This document shows positions 1-11,583 of a stretch of DNA of 64,000 nucleotides, piece by piece. A model generated the notes under the pieces. The model saw only the letters and a list, made by a program, of their open reading frames with translations, had not been told where the DNA came from and did not search any database. The translations under genes were made by a program, and so were the position numbers. Source of the DNA: Neoechinorhynchus agilis (taxonomy: Eukaryota; Animalia; Acanthocephala). The stretch spans positions 9,129,480-9,193,479 of the forward strand of contig CM121342.1 in assembly GCA_051530055.1 (NCBI GenBank), read 5' to 3'. Positions within the stretch are counted from its first letter, which is position 1. Each line of letters starts with the position of its first letter.

Positions 1-1645
1 TTATTTTAATGTTCCAAATAAAAAAATTCAAATCCCAAAATAACTAACAGATTCTATAAAACCCAAAATAGTAGCAGTGTAAACACTTTTCAAATGCAAG
101 ATAAATCATACTTACGATCGAAATTACGTTAGGCTAAATAATTTTATGAAAAATTGATTTCACCTCGCTTCTCCTTTGGCTTGGGACTTATTTTAATGTT
201 CCAAATAAAAAAATTCAAATCCCAAAATAACTAACAGATTCTATAAAACCCAAAATAGTAGCAGTGTAAACACTTTTCAAATGCAAGATAAATCATACTT
301 ACGATCGAAATTACGTTAGGCTAAATAATTTTATGAAAAATTGATTTCACCTCGCTTCTCCTTTGGCTTGGGACTTATTTTAATGTTCCAAATAAAAAAA
401 TTCAAATCCCAAATAACTAACAGTTATAACCCAAAATAGTAGCAGTGTAAACACTTTTCAAATGCAAGATAAATCATACTTACGATCGAAATTACGTTAG
501 GCTAAATAATTTTATGAAAAATTGATTTCACCTCGCTTCTCCTTTGGCTTGGGACTTATTTTAATGTTCCAAATAAAAAAATTCAAATCCCAAAATAACT
601 AACAGATTCTATAAAACCCAAAATAGTAGCAGTGTAAACACTTTTCAAATGCAAGATAAATCATACTTACGATCGAAATTACGTTAGGCTAAATAATTTT
701 ATGAAAAATTGATTTCACCTCGCTTCTCCTTTGGCTTGGGACTTATTTTAATGTTCCAAATAAAAAAATTCAAATCCCAAAATAACTAACAGATTCTATA
801 AAACCCAAAATAGTAGCAGTGTAAACACTTTTCAAATGCAAGATAAATCATACTTACGATCGAAATTACGTTAGGCTAAATAATTTTATGAAAAATTGAT
901 TTCACCTCGCTTCTCCTTTGGCTTGGGACTTATTTTAATGTTCCAAATAAAAAAATTCAAATCCCAAAATAACTAACAGATTCTATAAAACCCAAAATAG
1001 TAGCAGTGTAAACACTTTTCAAATGCAAGATAAATCATACTTACGATCGAAATTACGTTAGGCTAAATAATTTTATGAAAAATTGATTTCACCTCGCTTC
1101 TCCTTTGGCTTGGGACTTATTTTAATGTTCCAAATAAAAAAATTCAAATCCCAAAATAACTAACAGATTCTATAAAACCCAAAATAGTAGCAGTGTAAAC
1201 ACTTTTCAAATGCAAGATAAATCATACTTACGATCGAAATTACGTTAGGCTAAATAATTTTATGAAAAATTGATTTCACCTCGCTTCTCCTTTGGCTTGG
1301 GACTTATTTTAATGTTCCAAATAAAAAAATTCAAATCCCAAAATAACTAACAGATTCTATAAAACCCAAAATAGTAGCAGTGTAAACACTTTTCAAATGC
1401 AAGATAAATCATACTTACGATCGAAATTACGTTAGGCTAAATAATTTTATGAAAAATTGATTTCACCTCGTTCTCCTTTGGCTTGGGACTTTAATGTTCC
1501 AAATAAAAAAATTCAAATCCCAAAATAACTAACAGATTCTATAAAACCCAAAATAGTAGCAGTGTAAACACTTTTCAAATGCAAGATAAATCATACTTAC
1601 GATCGAAATTACGTTAGGCTAAATAATTTTATGAAAAATTGATTG
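1..1645. repeat. 187-bp tandem satellite, about 8.8 near-identical units, continues beyond the window start
   Basis: The unit start TTATTTTAATGTTCC recurs at 1, 188, 375, 556 (third unit is 6 bp short), 743, 930, 1117, 1304 and about 1490. The array decays at about 1645. Confidence 0.97.
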
Positions 1646-1989
1646 AGCCCCGTTCTCACTTTGGTCTCGTAGGTTACTGTATTTAAGGATCCTAAAATCA
1701 TAAATAAAGTCAATAAATAAAAAACCGTTTTAAAAAACAATTTTTTCCATGTTTCGTAGAATAACTAGGTGACATTACTGCCATTCAAACATTTAAAAAT
1801 CATGCCGGCATCGAATTAATTCAGATTTTCGAAAAAGAGAACAAGGTTCACCTTTTAAGGAAAACTGCGAACAAACCCAACTTCTATAAATACTCATGAA
1901 TGGCCTTCGCAATGTCAACACCTCTTATTTATTTCGCACATTTTAGTACCACAAAAAAACGTTTTTTTCAGCTAAACATTTCGGTCACA

Positions 1990-2388
1990 CTATTCAACTT
2001 TTGCGGCTGCGAACAATACGGCACAATAGACCCAATCATTTACAAAATCGACTTTAAAGCTAATATCCGAATTTTTCGGATAAACAAAGTTACATGCACA
2101 AGCGAATGATGCATCATTGATTCGCTTATTTCGTTCAGTGCAACAAACTTGAAAAAAACAGTCATATTGTTCGATTCCGTTGATTTCGTTGATAATCGCT
2201 TCTCCGATCGCATGTTCAATTTTGTTCACAACATCACAAATGCCACCATAATCGTTCGCACCTCCAACAGCCTGGAATGATCCGAAATGCGATTTGAGCG
2301 TTCGCTCAATGACACCCTCCATTAGATTAATGTTAAGATTATCTTCAAGAAAGCGGGTGGTAATTGTATGAGAGTTAAAAGTGCTCAT
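1990..2388 (-). CDS. 132-aa ORF, possibly a divergent Tctex-1-type dynein light chain; the true 5' end may be spliced
   Basis: The C-terminal pattern FFQVCCTE...ASFACACNFVYPKNSD...FVNDWVYCAVLFA resembles the Tctex1 beta-strand order. A CAG|GTGAGT donor lies just upstream of the ATG, so the ATG may be intronic. Confidence 0.4.
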   Translation of the reverse strand: MSTFNSHTITTRFLEDNLNINLMEGVIERTLKSHFGSFQAVGGANDYGGICDVVNKIEHAIGEAIINEINGIEQYDCFFQVCCTERNKRINDASFACACNFVYPKNSDISFKVDFVNDWVYCAVLFAAAKVE

Positions 2389-2602
2389 TTTTACTCACCT
2401 GGCATTGCTCAATGCCCAATCAAAACCATTCTGCTCATAATGAAGCGTTACCATGACAACGATCTTTGTGCTCTCTTGGCATTGGTGATTTAGCGTGAAT
2501 TGTGGCGAGACATTCCGAGGGCACCTTGAGTGTACTGCTCTCTATGTTTCACCCAACGTATAACTTGTAAAATAAGGAACACAAGTTTTGAGTTCTACGC
2601 TA

Positions 2603-3398
2603 ATGACTGATGATACGAATGTCGACGTGAAGAAAAACCTGAGCCAAAGTTTTAGCGGTCGAACTACTGCTTTTCCTCGAATTAATATTTCTAAAGTGAA
2701 TCACAACGATCCGGGTAAGGGTTAGAAGGCTGCGAGCGCTCTTTTTTGAGTGTAATTCCAGAGAAAAAGAGCAATAGCCTATCGAGAACACGAAACTGTC
2801 AAAATCAGAAAGATTTCATCAAGTTGAACATTGCCACGATTGGTAGAGGATGCGATAAAACGTCGTCGTTCAACCCAAGGTATGTCAAGTTCATTTGAAA
2901 TGTTTTTATGAAAAAAGCGAATGTATAGGTCATTAAAGCAAGGAACCAGTGGATCGTTGAACATTCTATGTAGGTTAGTTAAAAGTTGGCTTAAGGCAGT
3001 AATGTTTCACAGAACTTTTATGTACTCAGGAGTCCGAGTTTAACTTCTCAGAAATTCATGGCAGATTGGCTTCGAGCTCGACAGGATCTTCTTAGAGAAA
3101 ATGATGTACAGGTAAAGGTATTATTCGCGCAAAACGCGAATTATATTGTCCTATTTTATTTAGGAGTTAACGCATAACGGTGCATCTCAGTCATCGGGAG
3201 CCGATTCCAATGAATCAAATAATTCCTATAAGAAATTTGCTAGATCAAAACGTTTCAGAGAAGTAATTTTACGCGAATAAAGACATTGCGCTCACATTTT
3301 TTCCAAAGATTCCAGCGGTAGTACAGTCGTTCAGGAGTGAACAGGAAAAACAAAAGGCAATTCGCTATGCTACCAAAGGACGAGTGGCATTTATATGA
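2603..3398 (+). CDS. Multi-exon gene of unknown function with very short GT-AG introns
   Basis: Removing 2880-2928, 2970-2995, 3112-3163 and 3263-3308 (all GT..AG) gives one open frame, ...KDFIKLNIATIGRG...ADWLRARQDLL...EQEKQKAIRYATKGRVAFI*. The link to the 5' exon (ATG 2603) is not resolved. Confidence 0.45.
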
Positions 3399-3419
3399 GA
3401 ATACTAACAAGTTTTTGTT

Positions 3420-3872
3420 TTAGTAGTCCGAATCGGATTCATAGGTTATTGTTTCCACGTATAGAATTTTCGAGTCTTTACCTCCGATATCAGGATCGCA
3501 CATTTTTCCATATTCATCGTATTCAAAACAACCTTTGTAACGATCAATTTGATCCGCAGATTTACAATAAGGAGATGAACTATAATATCGCACATCTCCA
3601 TTATATCGTTTGTCTCGTCTTTTTTCCAAAAGATATTCTGCTTCTTCGGCTAAATCCATTTCTCTGCAGTCCATATAATCGTGTTCAATGTTTCGATTGT
3701 ATATTTCATCAACTGAACTTGCATAGCATCTGCTGGATTGACGATGATGTTTATACATTTGTTCATTTATATTATTTGAGCTAAGGTGCCGCCGTTCGTG
3801 TTTTAGAGCATAGTTTTCAGACTTCAACTTTTCGCCCATACCGAAGACATTATCTATTTTAAAGGAATTCAT
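3420..3872 (-). CDS. 150-aa hydrophilic ORF, unknown function
   Basis: ATG-started ORF in AT-rich DNA; no recognisable domain. Confidence 0.4.
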   Translation of the reverse strand: MNSFKIDNVFGMGEKLKSENYALKHERRHLSSNNINEQMYKHHRQSSRCYASSVDEIYNRNIEHDYMDCREMDLAEEAEYLLEKRRDKRYNGDVRYYSSSPYCKSADQIDRYKGCFEYDEYGKMCDPDIGGKDSKILYVETITYESDSDY

Positions 3873-3880
3873 TGAGGCGC

Positions 3881-4110
3881 CGGATTTCGTAATAAATAGA
3901 AGTTTTTAGTCATGATTAAGAATAAGACAATTGCAAAAATCGAGGTCTCTACTTTAACTCTGTTCACTAAAGAGCTTCTTAGACGACTTTTCAACGGTGT
4001 AATGGCTTTTGTCGATATGTGAGGACAGTCCTGGAATTCTTTTTTTTCGATTAAAGACGCTCTGCGAACTTCGTCGGGTACTGGTAATGAACCCGATGAG
4101 GTTCGAAACG
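3881..4110 (+). repeat. 196-bp block that is inverted-identical to 25195-25390, followed by a degenerate hammerhead-like motif
   Basis: 3881-4076 is the reverse complement of 25195-25390. 4081-4108 reads CTGGTAA-T-GAACC-CGATGA-GGTTC-GAAA, with a perfect helix II and a mutated CUGAUGA. Confidence 0.85.
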
Positions 4111-4151
4111 AAATTGTAATGGCTTTTGACGTTTAAATGGGAAACAGGTGA

Positions 4152-5138
4152 CTAAATGTGATATATTTTGGTGAATAATATCAGTTCTTTGATTCTAAAA
4201 TGTGACTTTTTCAAAAAAATCCGTACAGCACGAAAAAAAGGCCCATCAACGGTCCATAGATAATATCTAGAGTCTACATGGTAATAATGCCGATCATCGT
4301 GAGTTTTATGAACGGACAATGGTCGTTGCTTCGATAGAGGAGGTAAGATTTTGGTTATTCGGATTGGTTTTTGGCTTGGCATTGGAGGCGGACGTTCTCT
4401 TATGAAGATTGGAGGAGGTGTAGGTGGTTGTGGTGGTCGTACAAATACTCGCAACGGATCCTGTTCTTTTTCTTGTGGTAGTCTAACTTCCTTTACGATA
4501 ATGGGAACTGGTGGAGGGGTCGGCGGTTTTAGATACAGCACGGATATATTTTGTTGATAGTTGATGCTTGGAGCTGTTCTGTCAATTGTCTCCAATTCAG
4601 AGTGTTGAAACGGTTGATTCGCATAATTTTGGATGCCGTTCGCGAAATTATTTTCCGCCGTAGAAAACCGAAGTGAACTCTGAATGGGCCCCGATTGGGG
4701 AAACGGTTGATTCGGATAATTTTTGATGCTGTTCGTGAAATTGTTATCCGCCGTAGAAAACCGAAGTGGTCTCTTAATAGGTTCCGGTTGGGCTACTAAA
4801 TGTCTTGAATTATTGACGTTTGCTGCATGTAATGCTTGATTGGAAGATTTTGTTCGGTAGCGTCCAATGTTTTGATATATTGGCTCAGATTGATTTTGTT
4901 CACTGTCGTCGGACGTACGAATTAATGTCATTTTAGAACCTCTCGATGCACTACCGATGGAGTTTTCATTTGTTCTATGTTGTGAACTTCTTCGAGAAGG
5001 ACGTGAATCATATCCATTTTTTAGCTTAAACGCTTTTTCGTCGTCGTTATCATCGTCGAGAATTCGAACTGGTGTGAACAATATTTCGGATGTTGATGCA
5101 AACGCCTCGCTGGAATAATATGGCAGCGAGTAGTGCAT
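4152..5138 (-). CDS. 328-aa protein with an internal 29-aa duplication and a proline-rich PPTPPP/IIVKE/IRERPP block
   Basis: Long ATG ORF. The repeat LRFSTA.NNF.N.I.NY.NQPF occurs twice (87-bp period). Contains YLKPPTPPPVPIIVKE...RPPQPPTPPPIFIRERPP. Confidence 0.65.
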   Translation of the reverse strand: MHYSLPYYSSEAFASTSEILFTPVRILDDDNDDEKAFKLKNGYDSRPSRRSSQHRTNENSIGSASRGSKMTLIRTSDDSEQNQSEPIYQNIGRYRTKSSNQALHAANVNNSRHLVAQPEPIKRPLRFSTADNNFTNSIKNYPNQPFPQSGPIQSSLRFSTAENNFANGIQNYANQPFQHSELETIDRTAPSINYQQNISVLYLKPPTPPPVPIIVKEVRLPQEKEQDPLRVFVRPPQPPTPPPIFIRERPPPMPSQKPIRITKILPPLSKQRPLSVHKTHDDRHYYHVDSRYYLWTVDGPFFRAVRIFLKKSHFRIKELILFTKIYHI

Positions 5139-6509
5139 TCTCGCTAAACAAAAATTGAGCTATATTATTTACTATGAGAAATTTTTATTTTCGTGTTTAT
5201 CCTGAAGTTTGGTCGAAGTTTTATTCCCAAGCTTCGATCTTGAAAATCATCACCTTAACAATTTTATTAAAGGATAAAACGCCCATTGAGTGCGAATGGC
5301 CTTCGTTAACACTTTAATTGAACTTTTTTTTAAAATATTTATCCCGAAAATTTGATAGTACCCTAAGAAATTTTAATAAAATTTGGAGTTGCATTTTTTT
5401 CTAAAGTCTGATTGTAACTATTTAAAGAGTAAATAAAAAAAACCGACTTTGCTTTTCTAATCGCTGTTATTATCCCGAATATATTGACGAGAAGCACTTG
5501 AGTTTCACAAGAAATCCTTTCTGGAATGTCACATTTTAAACATTAAAAATCGATAACTAATTAAAACATTTTCCTAAATATTTCTTCAGAAAATTTTTGA
5601 AATTGGTATTTAGTTCAAATAAGGTGAAGATCAACAAATTTAGCATAATCATCGTGAGCTTAAAGATTCGGTGACCGAATTCAATAAATTCTCCCATTAT
5701 TTCAGTTTAGGGCTCACTAAAAAGTCTAAAACCCTACCAAAATAGCTTTAAATGGCTACTTCTTTGGACTAATGAATGAACGAATGTTTCTTAAAAACTT
5801 TCAAATGAAAGTGCTTTAAAAAGTAAAGATCTTCGAGGTTTCCCTCTGTGATAGAACTACAAAGGAAACTCAATAGGGTGACAGAGGTCCTACACATTAC
5901 CGTTTGACTGTTTTACACGAAGCTGAGAAATTCAAGGTTTGCACCTTTGTTAACTCAGAGGACACACTGGATAAATAGTGGAAAATATTCGAAAAAAAAG
6001 CTTACTCATATACCGAACTGGTTATTCTTAAAACGAGCATTTCATACGCAATGTCACTTTGAGAAGTCCATTTACTACACGACGCACAAATTCTAAATCC
6101 TCGACAATGAGTTTTGAATATTAACGGTATACGTTTAAAAAGCTTTAAGCAAGATCGAAGAAATTGAATCTTAGAAGATTCAATAAATGTAATTTGCTCG
6201 AATTCAACGCGATACAAAAATTCGTTGCTCCAAGTGAATTTTCATTGTCACACTCGAAATAAAAAAATGAAGATTTATACCATCTACTTACGAAGCCACG
6301 TGAAAAATATATTCTTCGATTTATTAATCCAGTTTTTACGTAAACATCAATAACTTCAAAAAGTTCAATCACAATCTCTTTTAACTATTTTTTATGAGAA
6401 GATGTCAGACACAAAATTTTAGTGAAATCGATTTTTAACGATGATTCAAGGCATGATACAGATCTCATTGTTCTTGAAGGTTGAATAATTCATGTTTGTT
6501 AATGGCATT

Positions 6510-7920
6510 GACCAATTGAAGGAATTTTCGTTAAATCCGATTGTTTTCGGAACCACAATCTTGAACGCTTTTTTTATCAAGGTTACTTTTATTAAATATC
6601 AAGCCGATGTTTTCGATCGGATAAAAATAAGAAAAATTTATATGTTCAGATCAACTGTGAAGAAAGGAACGCTGAATTTAACTCTAAATGCATTTTTGGG
6701 CTTTTGGCATTGAAAAATTGAAGGTATTTTATTAAATCCGATTGTTTCCGGAATCATAATCTTGAACGCTTTTTTATCAAGGTTACTTTTATTAATATCT
6801 CTAACCGACGTTTTTCATCCAATCAAAATGGGAATTAGCACAGAATTTAACTCTAAATACATTTTTGTATTTATGGCGGTGAAAAATTGAAGGAATTTTA
6901 TTAAATCTGATTATTTTTCGGAACCACAATTTTGAACGCTTTTTTATCAAGGTTTCTTTTATTAATATATCAAGCCGACGTTTTCGATCGGATAAAAATA
7001 AGAAAAATCTATATATGTTTAGATCAACTGTAAAGAAAGGAACGCTGAATTTAACTCTAAATACATTTTTGGGTTTTTGGCATTGAAAAATTAAAGGTAT
7101 TTTATTAAATCTGATTTTTTTCGGAACCACAATTTTGAACGCTTTTTTATCAAGGTTTCTTTTATTAATATATCAAGCCGACGTTTTTCATTAAAATCAC
7201 AATGGGAATTAGCACAGAATTTAACTCTAAATACATTTTTGTATTTATGGCGGTGAAAAATTGAATGAATTTTGTTAAATCCGATTGTTTCCGAAAACAC
7301 AATCTTGAACAATTTTTATCAAGGTAACTTTTATTAATATATCAAGCCGATGTTTTCGATCGGATAAAGATAAGAAAAATGTATAGTTTAGATCAACTGT
7401 GAAGAAAGGAACGCTGAATTTAACTCCAAATATATTTTTGGGTTTATTGCATTGAAAAATTGAAGGAATTTTCGTTAAATCCGATTGTTTTCGGAACCAC
7501 AATCTTGAACGCTTTTTTATCAAGGTTTCTTTTATTAATATATCAAGCCGATGTTTTCGATCGGATGAAAATAAGAAAAATGTATATGTTTAGATCAACT
7601 GTGAAGAAAGGAACGCTGAATTTAACTCCAAATATATTTTTGGGTTTATTGCATTGAAAAATTGAAGGAATTTTATTAAATCGGATTGTTTTCGGAACCT
7701 CAATCTTGAACACTTTTTTATCAAGGTTTCTTTTATTAATATATCAAGCCGGCGTTTTCGATCGGATAAAAATAAGAAAAAATTATATGTTTTGATCAAC
7801 TGTGAAGAAAGGAAAGCTGAATTTAACTCCAAATACATTTTTGGGTTTATTGCATTGAAAAATTGAAGGAATTTTCGTTAAATCCGATTGTTTTCGGAAC
7901 CACAATCTTGAATGCCTCTT
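6510..7920. repeat. Satellite of about 200-bp (X) and about 169-bp (Y) units in the order X Y X Y X X X, abutting the Ran 3' end
   Basis: AAATC(C/T)GATT..TTCGGAACCACAAT recurs at about 6535, 6735, 6903, 7108, 7277, 7477, 7677 and 7879, with two alternative unit interiors. Confidence 0.93.
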
Positions 7921-8102
7921 TATTAAGGTTGTTTGTGATTTTTGTTTTATATGAACAAACATAGCGGGCAAAAATAAGTTATTATGGAGACGTTCTAAGA
8001 ACCTAGTCTCTTGTATCAAAAACAGATTGATGAAGAGAAAACCCGCGCTGAATTTTAACTCTTTATTTGCTTCTCGCCTAATCATGCGCTCTCTTAGGAC
8101 GT

Positions 8103-8762
8103 TCAAATGTCTTCATCGTCGTCTGGAAGGCTGACTTCATTTGCTTCTCTGATTTCGCGTTCATAAGTTTCTGCGAGTGCGGCATCCATTTGGACATCCG
8201 GTGGTTCCATTGCAGGCATTGCAGTGAACTCGAGATTAGCATCACCGGTCAATCTACGAGCAAGCCATAAAAACGGCTTTTCGAAGTTGTAATTGCTTTT
8301 AGCACTGATATCATAGTACTGAAGGTTTTTTTTCCGATGGAACACGATAGCTTTAGCTTTGACTTTACGATCTTTCACGTCCACTTTGTTTCCACATAAA
8401 ACCATAGGGATGTTCTCGCAAACCCTGAAGAGATCCTTATGCCAGTTTGGAACGTTTTTATAAGTAATCCGAGCAGTGACGTCAAACATTATGATTGCAC
8501 ATTGACCTTGAATGTAGTAGCCGTCTCGGAGACCACCGAATTTCTCTTGACCGGCAGTATCCCACACATTGAACGTTATCATCCCACGATTCGTATTGAA
8601 CTTTAAAGGATGAACCTCAACTCCCAGTGTAGCAACATAACGCTTCTCGAACTCGCCAGTTAAATGACGCTTCACAAACGTCGTTTTACCAACTCCACCG
8701 TCGCCAACCAATAACATCTTCACTGTAACACCATCGTCGTGATTGGCCGAATGAGCTGACAT
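8103..8762 (-). CDS. ran: Ran GTPase, CDS intronless
   Basis: [47 protein letters not shown] and an acidic tail DDDEDI. Confidence 0.99.
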   Translation of the reverse strand: MSAHSANHDDGVTVKMLLVGDGGVGKTTFVKRHLTGEFEKRYVATLGVEVHPLKFNTNRGMITFNVWDTAGQEKFGGLRDGYYIQGQCAIIMFDVTARITYKNVPNWHKDLFRVCENIPMVLCGNKVDVKDRKVKAKAIVFHRKKNLQYYDISAKSNYNFEKPFLWLARRLTGDANLEFTAMPAMEPPDVQMDAALAETYEREIREANEVSLPDDDEDI

Positions 8763-9734
8763 CTACAACAACAAAAAGAAGGACTAATAAGAAATTATTA
8801 AAAATGTTGGAACGAACGAGAACGAACGTGAGGTAACGAGTCTTTTGGTTTCTTCCGTATCTACTAAAATAATTGCGTCGAACACATAATCCCGAAAATG
8901 CGATTTGGGTGCTTGGTAAAAAACGATTCTCCCCCTTAGATAGTCATATCCACACAGAACGAAATATTAAATTCCTTTCCTTTGTTTCTCCGTCATAAAA
9001 ATAATCTATAAACTAAATTTTCGTCATAATAATGATCTAAGTTTGTTTATTTAAAACGATAACGTCGAAATGGCAATTTTTTAAACCATGACGTTTCAAA
9101 AAAATCAACATTCTTCCGTCATTCAATTATATTCGCTGGATTCTTCCAGATCCTTAAGGATAAAAATCTCGTCCCATCGTTGAAAATTGAGAGGTTTTTA
9201 GTTGGAGTAAACTTTTCTTTAGAATAATCAAGCGGTTAGGTTGAGTGCGTGGAGGGTCATTTTTATTCATCTTTTCTATTGCATTTTTCCGAACTACCTT
9301 CCTTCAGGTCCCAAACTTATGTTAAAATCTCCTCTATTTCTTCACAGTAATCGAGCGGTGATGATGGTCAGACACGCAAATTTCTTGAAATTTTATTTAT
9401 TTTACGAATATTTTAAAAATCTAATACCAATTTTGTTTTACGGATTATCTGTAAAAAATCGCAGACTTAAAAAGATTGAATTTCTTTCAGTTATTATGTT
9501 TCGTTTACTTATTTAAATTTTTTTCCATTTGTTGAAATGTTTATATCAAAAATATTATGTGGGTTCGTTAAAATGCAGTTTATGATTCGCGTCTATGAAT
9601 TTTTTCGATGGCGTTTTATATTGAAATTTGGATATGAACCGAAATTATGGTGTTTTCAATTGCATCTCTGAAACAAAAGCTCTGTATCAATATATTTAAA
9701 AAGAAATGGCGAATTTATAGAATTGGCGGAAGTT

Positions 9735-10031
9735 TTACTGTTGCCATTGCTCCTCGTCTTCCTCTGAGGTATTGTCTTCTTGTAGCTCATTGAAAAGGCT
9801 TCTAAGTCCTTGATAAAATTCTCCAAGAGCTGGTGGAACGTATTCATCATCAGGGGTCCCGCTTATAACTGCAGAAATGATTTCATCGATAACAGCTATG
9901 TGATTAGCTACTTCCATTTGTTCTGTTGTATTGTCCGGTTCATTATCCTCGTTAAAAGTGAAATCCTCCTCATCAGAAGAGTCGCTAGGCCATTCATTGT
10001 TTGGTTGCTTTGGTATTGCTCTATCGCGCAT
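9735..10031 (-). CDS. 98-aa acidic protein, multi-copy cassette A (copy 1)
   Basis: Same 297-nt frame in 7 intact copies in the window. Upstream on the minus strand there is TATAAA (about 10160) and a CCAATCAG box (about 10235). Confidence 0.6.
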   Translation of the reverse strand: MRDRAIPKQPNNEWPSDSSDEEDFTFNEDNEPDNTTEQMEVANHIAVIDEIISAVISGTPDDEYVPPALGEFYQGLRSLFNELQEDNTSEEDEEQWQQ

Positions 10032-10389
10032 CGTAGAATTGAAGAAAATGTTTGCTTGATTTGTTGGCTGCTGTAGAAAGATTGATGGTTGTATACTGCG
10101 CGATTTGTTTCACATACACGCGAAATAGGGGGTCCATTGATTCTCTTCATATAAATTATTTATAGATCAGCGAGAGATCGGCGGCCATTTGATCTATTGT
10201 TTTTAATTTCATATCCTGTTTTCTTAGGGGAACCAATCAGCGTGCGCCGTTCGATGATATCTACGGGAGGGGGGATTAAATTTCATTCTTAATTAAAACG
10301 AGGTGTTTTATCAAATCATTTGCGCTTGTGACCGTAATCATGGCAGAAATTTAGAATTACAGGTGGAATAATTCATTGACAATAAAAAT

Positions 10390-10651
10390 CCATTTTATAC
10401 TCAAAGGCAAAGAAGATGTTCTGCAGCGTAGGAACTACCGCGGCATCAAACTCATGTCTCACACAATTAAACTATGGGAACGAATGATCGATCACAGGAT
10501 CAGAGAAGAGATCCGAATCAGCGAGGATCAACGAGGATTTGTGCCCGGCAAAAGCACAATCGACGCAATATTCGTGCTCAGGCAGCTGTATGAGAGTTCA
10601 GTGAGATGCGTTGCTCGTTGGACAGTGTGTTCGTCGATTTGGAAGGGGCGT
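10390..10651 (+). mobile_element. RTE-clade non-LTR RT fragment
   Basis: NYRGIKLMSHTIKLWERMID...QRGFVPGKSTIDAIFVLRQL. Confidence 0.9.
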
Positions 10652-11583
10652 ACAACACGTTATGCGCTTCAGGATAGCGTCGTAGTCGGAAGTGTGTCTA
10701 ATGGTTTTAAGCGAGAAGGATCCGGTTAGAAACTCTAACAGATATATTCATGTATTTTTTAATGAGGCAACCATTTTTGAACGAGTGAATGTTTCGTGAC
10801 ACATTAGGAAACGAGGGGAAATGTTGTTAAATGAATATTATATTAATTAGTAAAATCCTTAAAAGCATTTAATGATCTAGAGTTAGTCTCCGACAATCAC
10901 ATCAGGGGACCATTCCCGGAACCATTGTTAGTAATCTCTTGAAAATTTATTAACTTTTCTAGGTGGTATGTAAATATTACATAAAATTATACGCTGTATT
11001 AATCGATAAAAATCATTGATACAAAATAATTGGATGGCAAGCTTTTCATTTTTATTTTGATATAAAAGTTTGGGATAATGTTCTTTTTCAATAAAAGTTC
11101 GTAACCCTCCCGAAAATCCGATATGTTTAATCGATGGGTTCGTAAAAGTTGGAGGTAAAATATAGGGTTCAAAAATCGAATATGATATGGCAGCTGAAGT
11201 GTCCGATTCCTGTATTCAGATAACATCCCTTTCTTATATATTACCCTGTTCAATGACCTCACAAGAAATATGGCTATCCTTCGATATATTGTATAATATA
11301 ATACTTTTATTTTTTGTCATAATGCAAAGGGTGAAGAGCAATTTCGTCCCTTAGGAAAAATTTATTGGTCGAGCTTTCTTTTAAATGGGGTAGGGTCTGT
11401 AACATGATCTACAATCATCTATTCGTCGCACTCTGGTGTACCAGTCTCCTTGTTTTCTTTTACATAATTTTTTAGCAGATTAATTTCTTCATCTTTCCCA
11501 TCGACTTTTTTTAGAATTTTTATCTGTTCTTGTAAGGAATTAAGTTGAGACATTAAAGATTTAATTATATTACTTTCTGATGA

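Noticed and set aside
1-7920. CRISPR-like arrays
   Set aside because: The units are fully repeated with no unique spacers, and the context is eukaryotic.
6801-8106. K/F/I-rich ORFs over the satellite
   Set aside because: They are translations of tandem units with non-ATG starts and inconsistent frames.
9656-10150. Overlapping ORFs (MMNTFHQ.., MIKFSK.., MKRING..) around cassette A
   Set aside because: Shadow frames: TTG starts, and lengths or stops vary between copies while the 98-aa frame is constant.
10860-11583. Endogenous viral element in the AT-rich ORF debris (also 15250-15960)
   Set aside because: APE motifs (NIYIPP, IVGD.N) and TSD-guided joins to CCHC knuckles explain it as a LINE.
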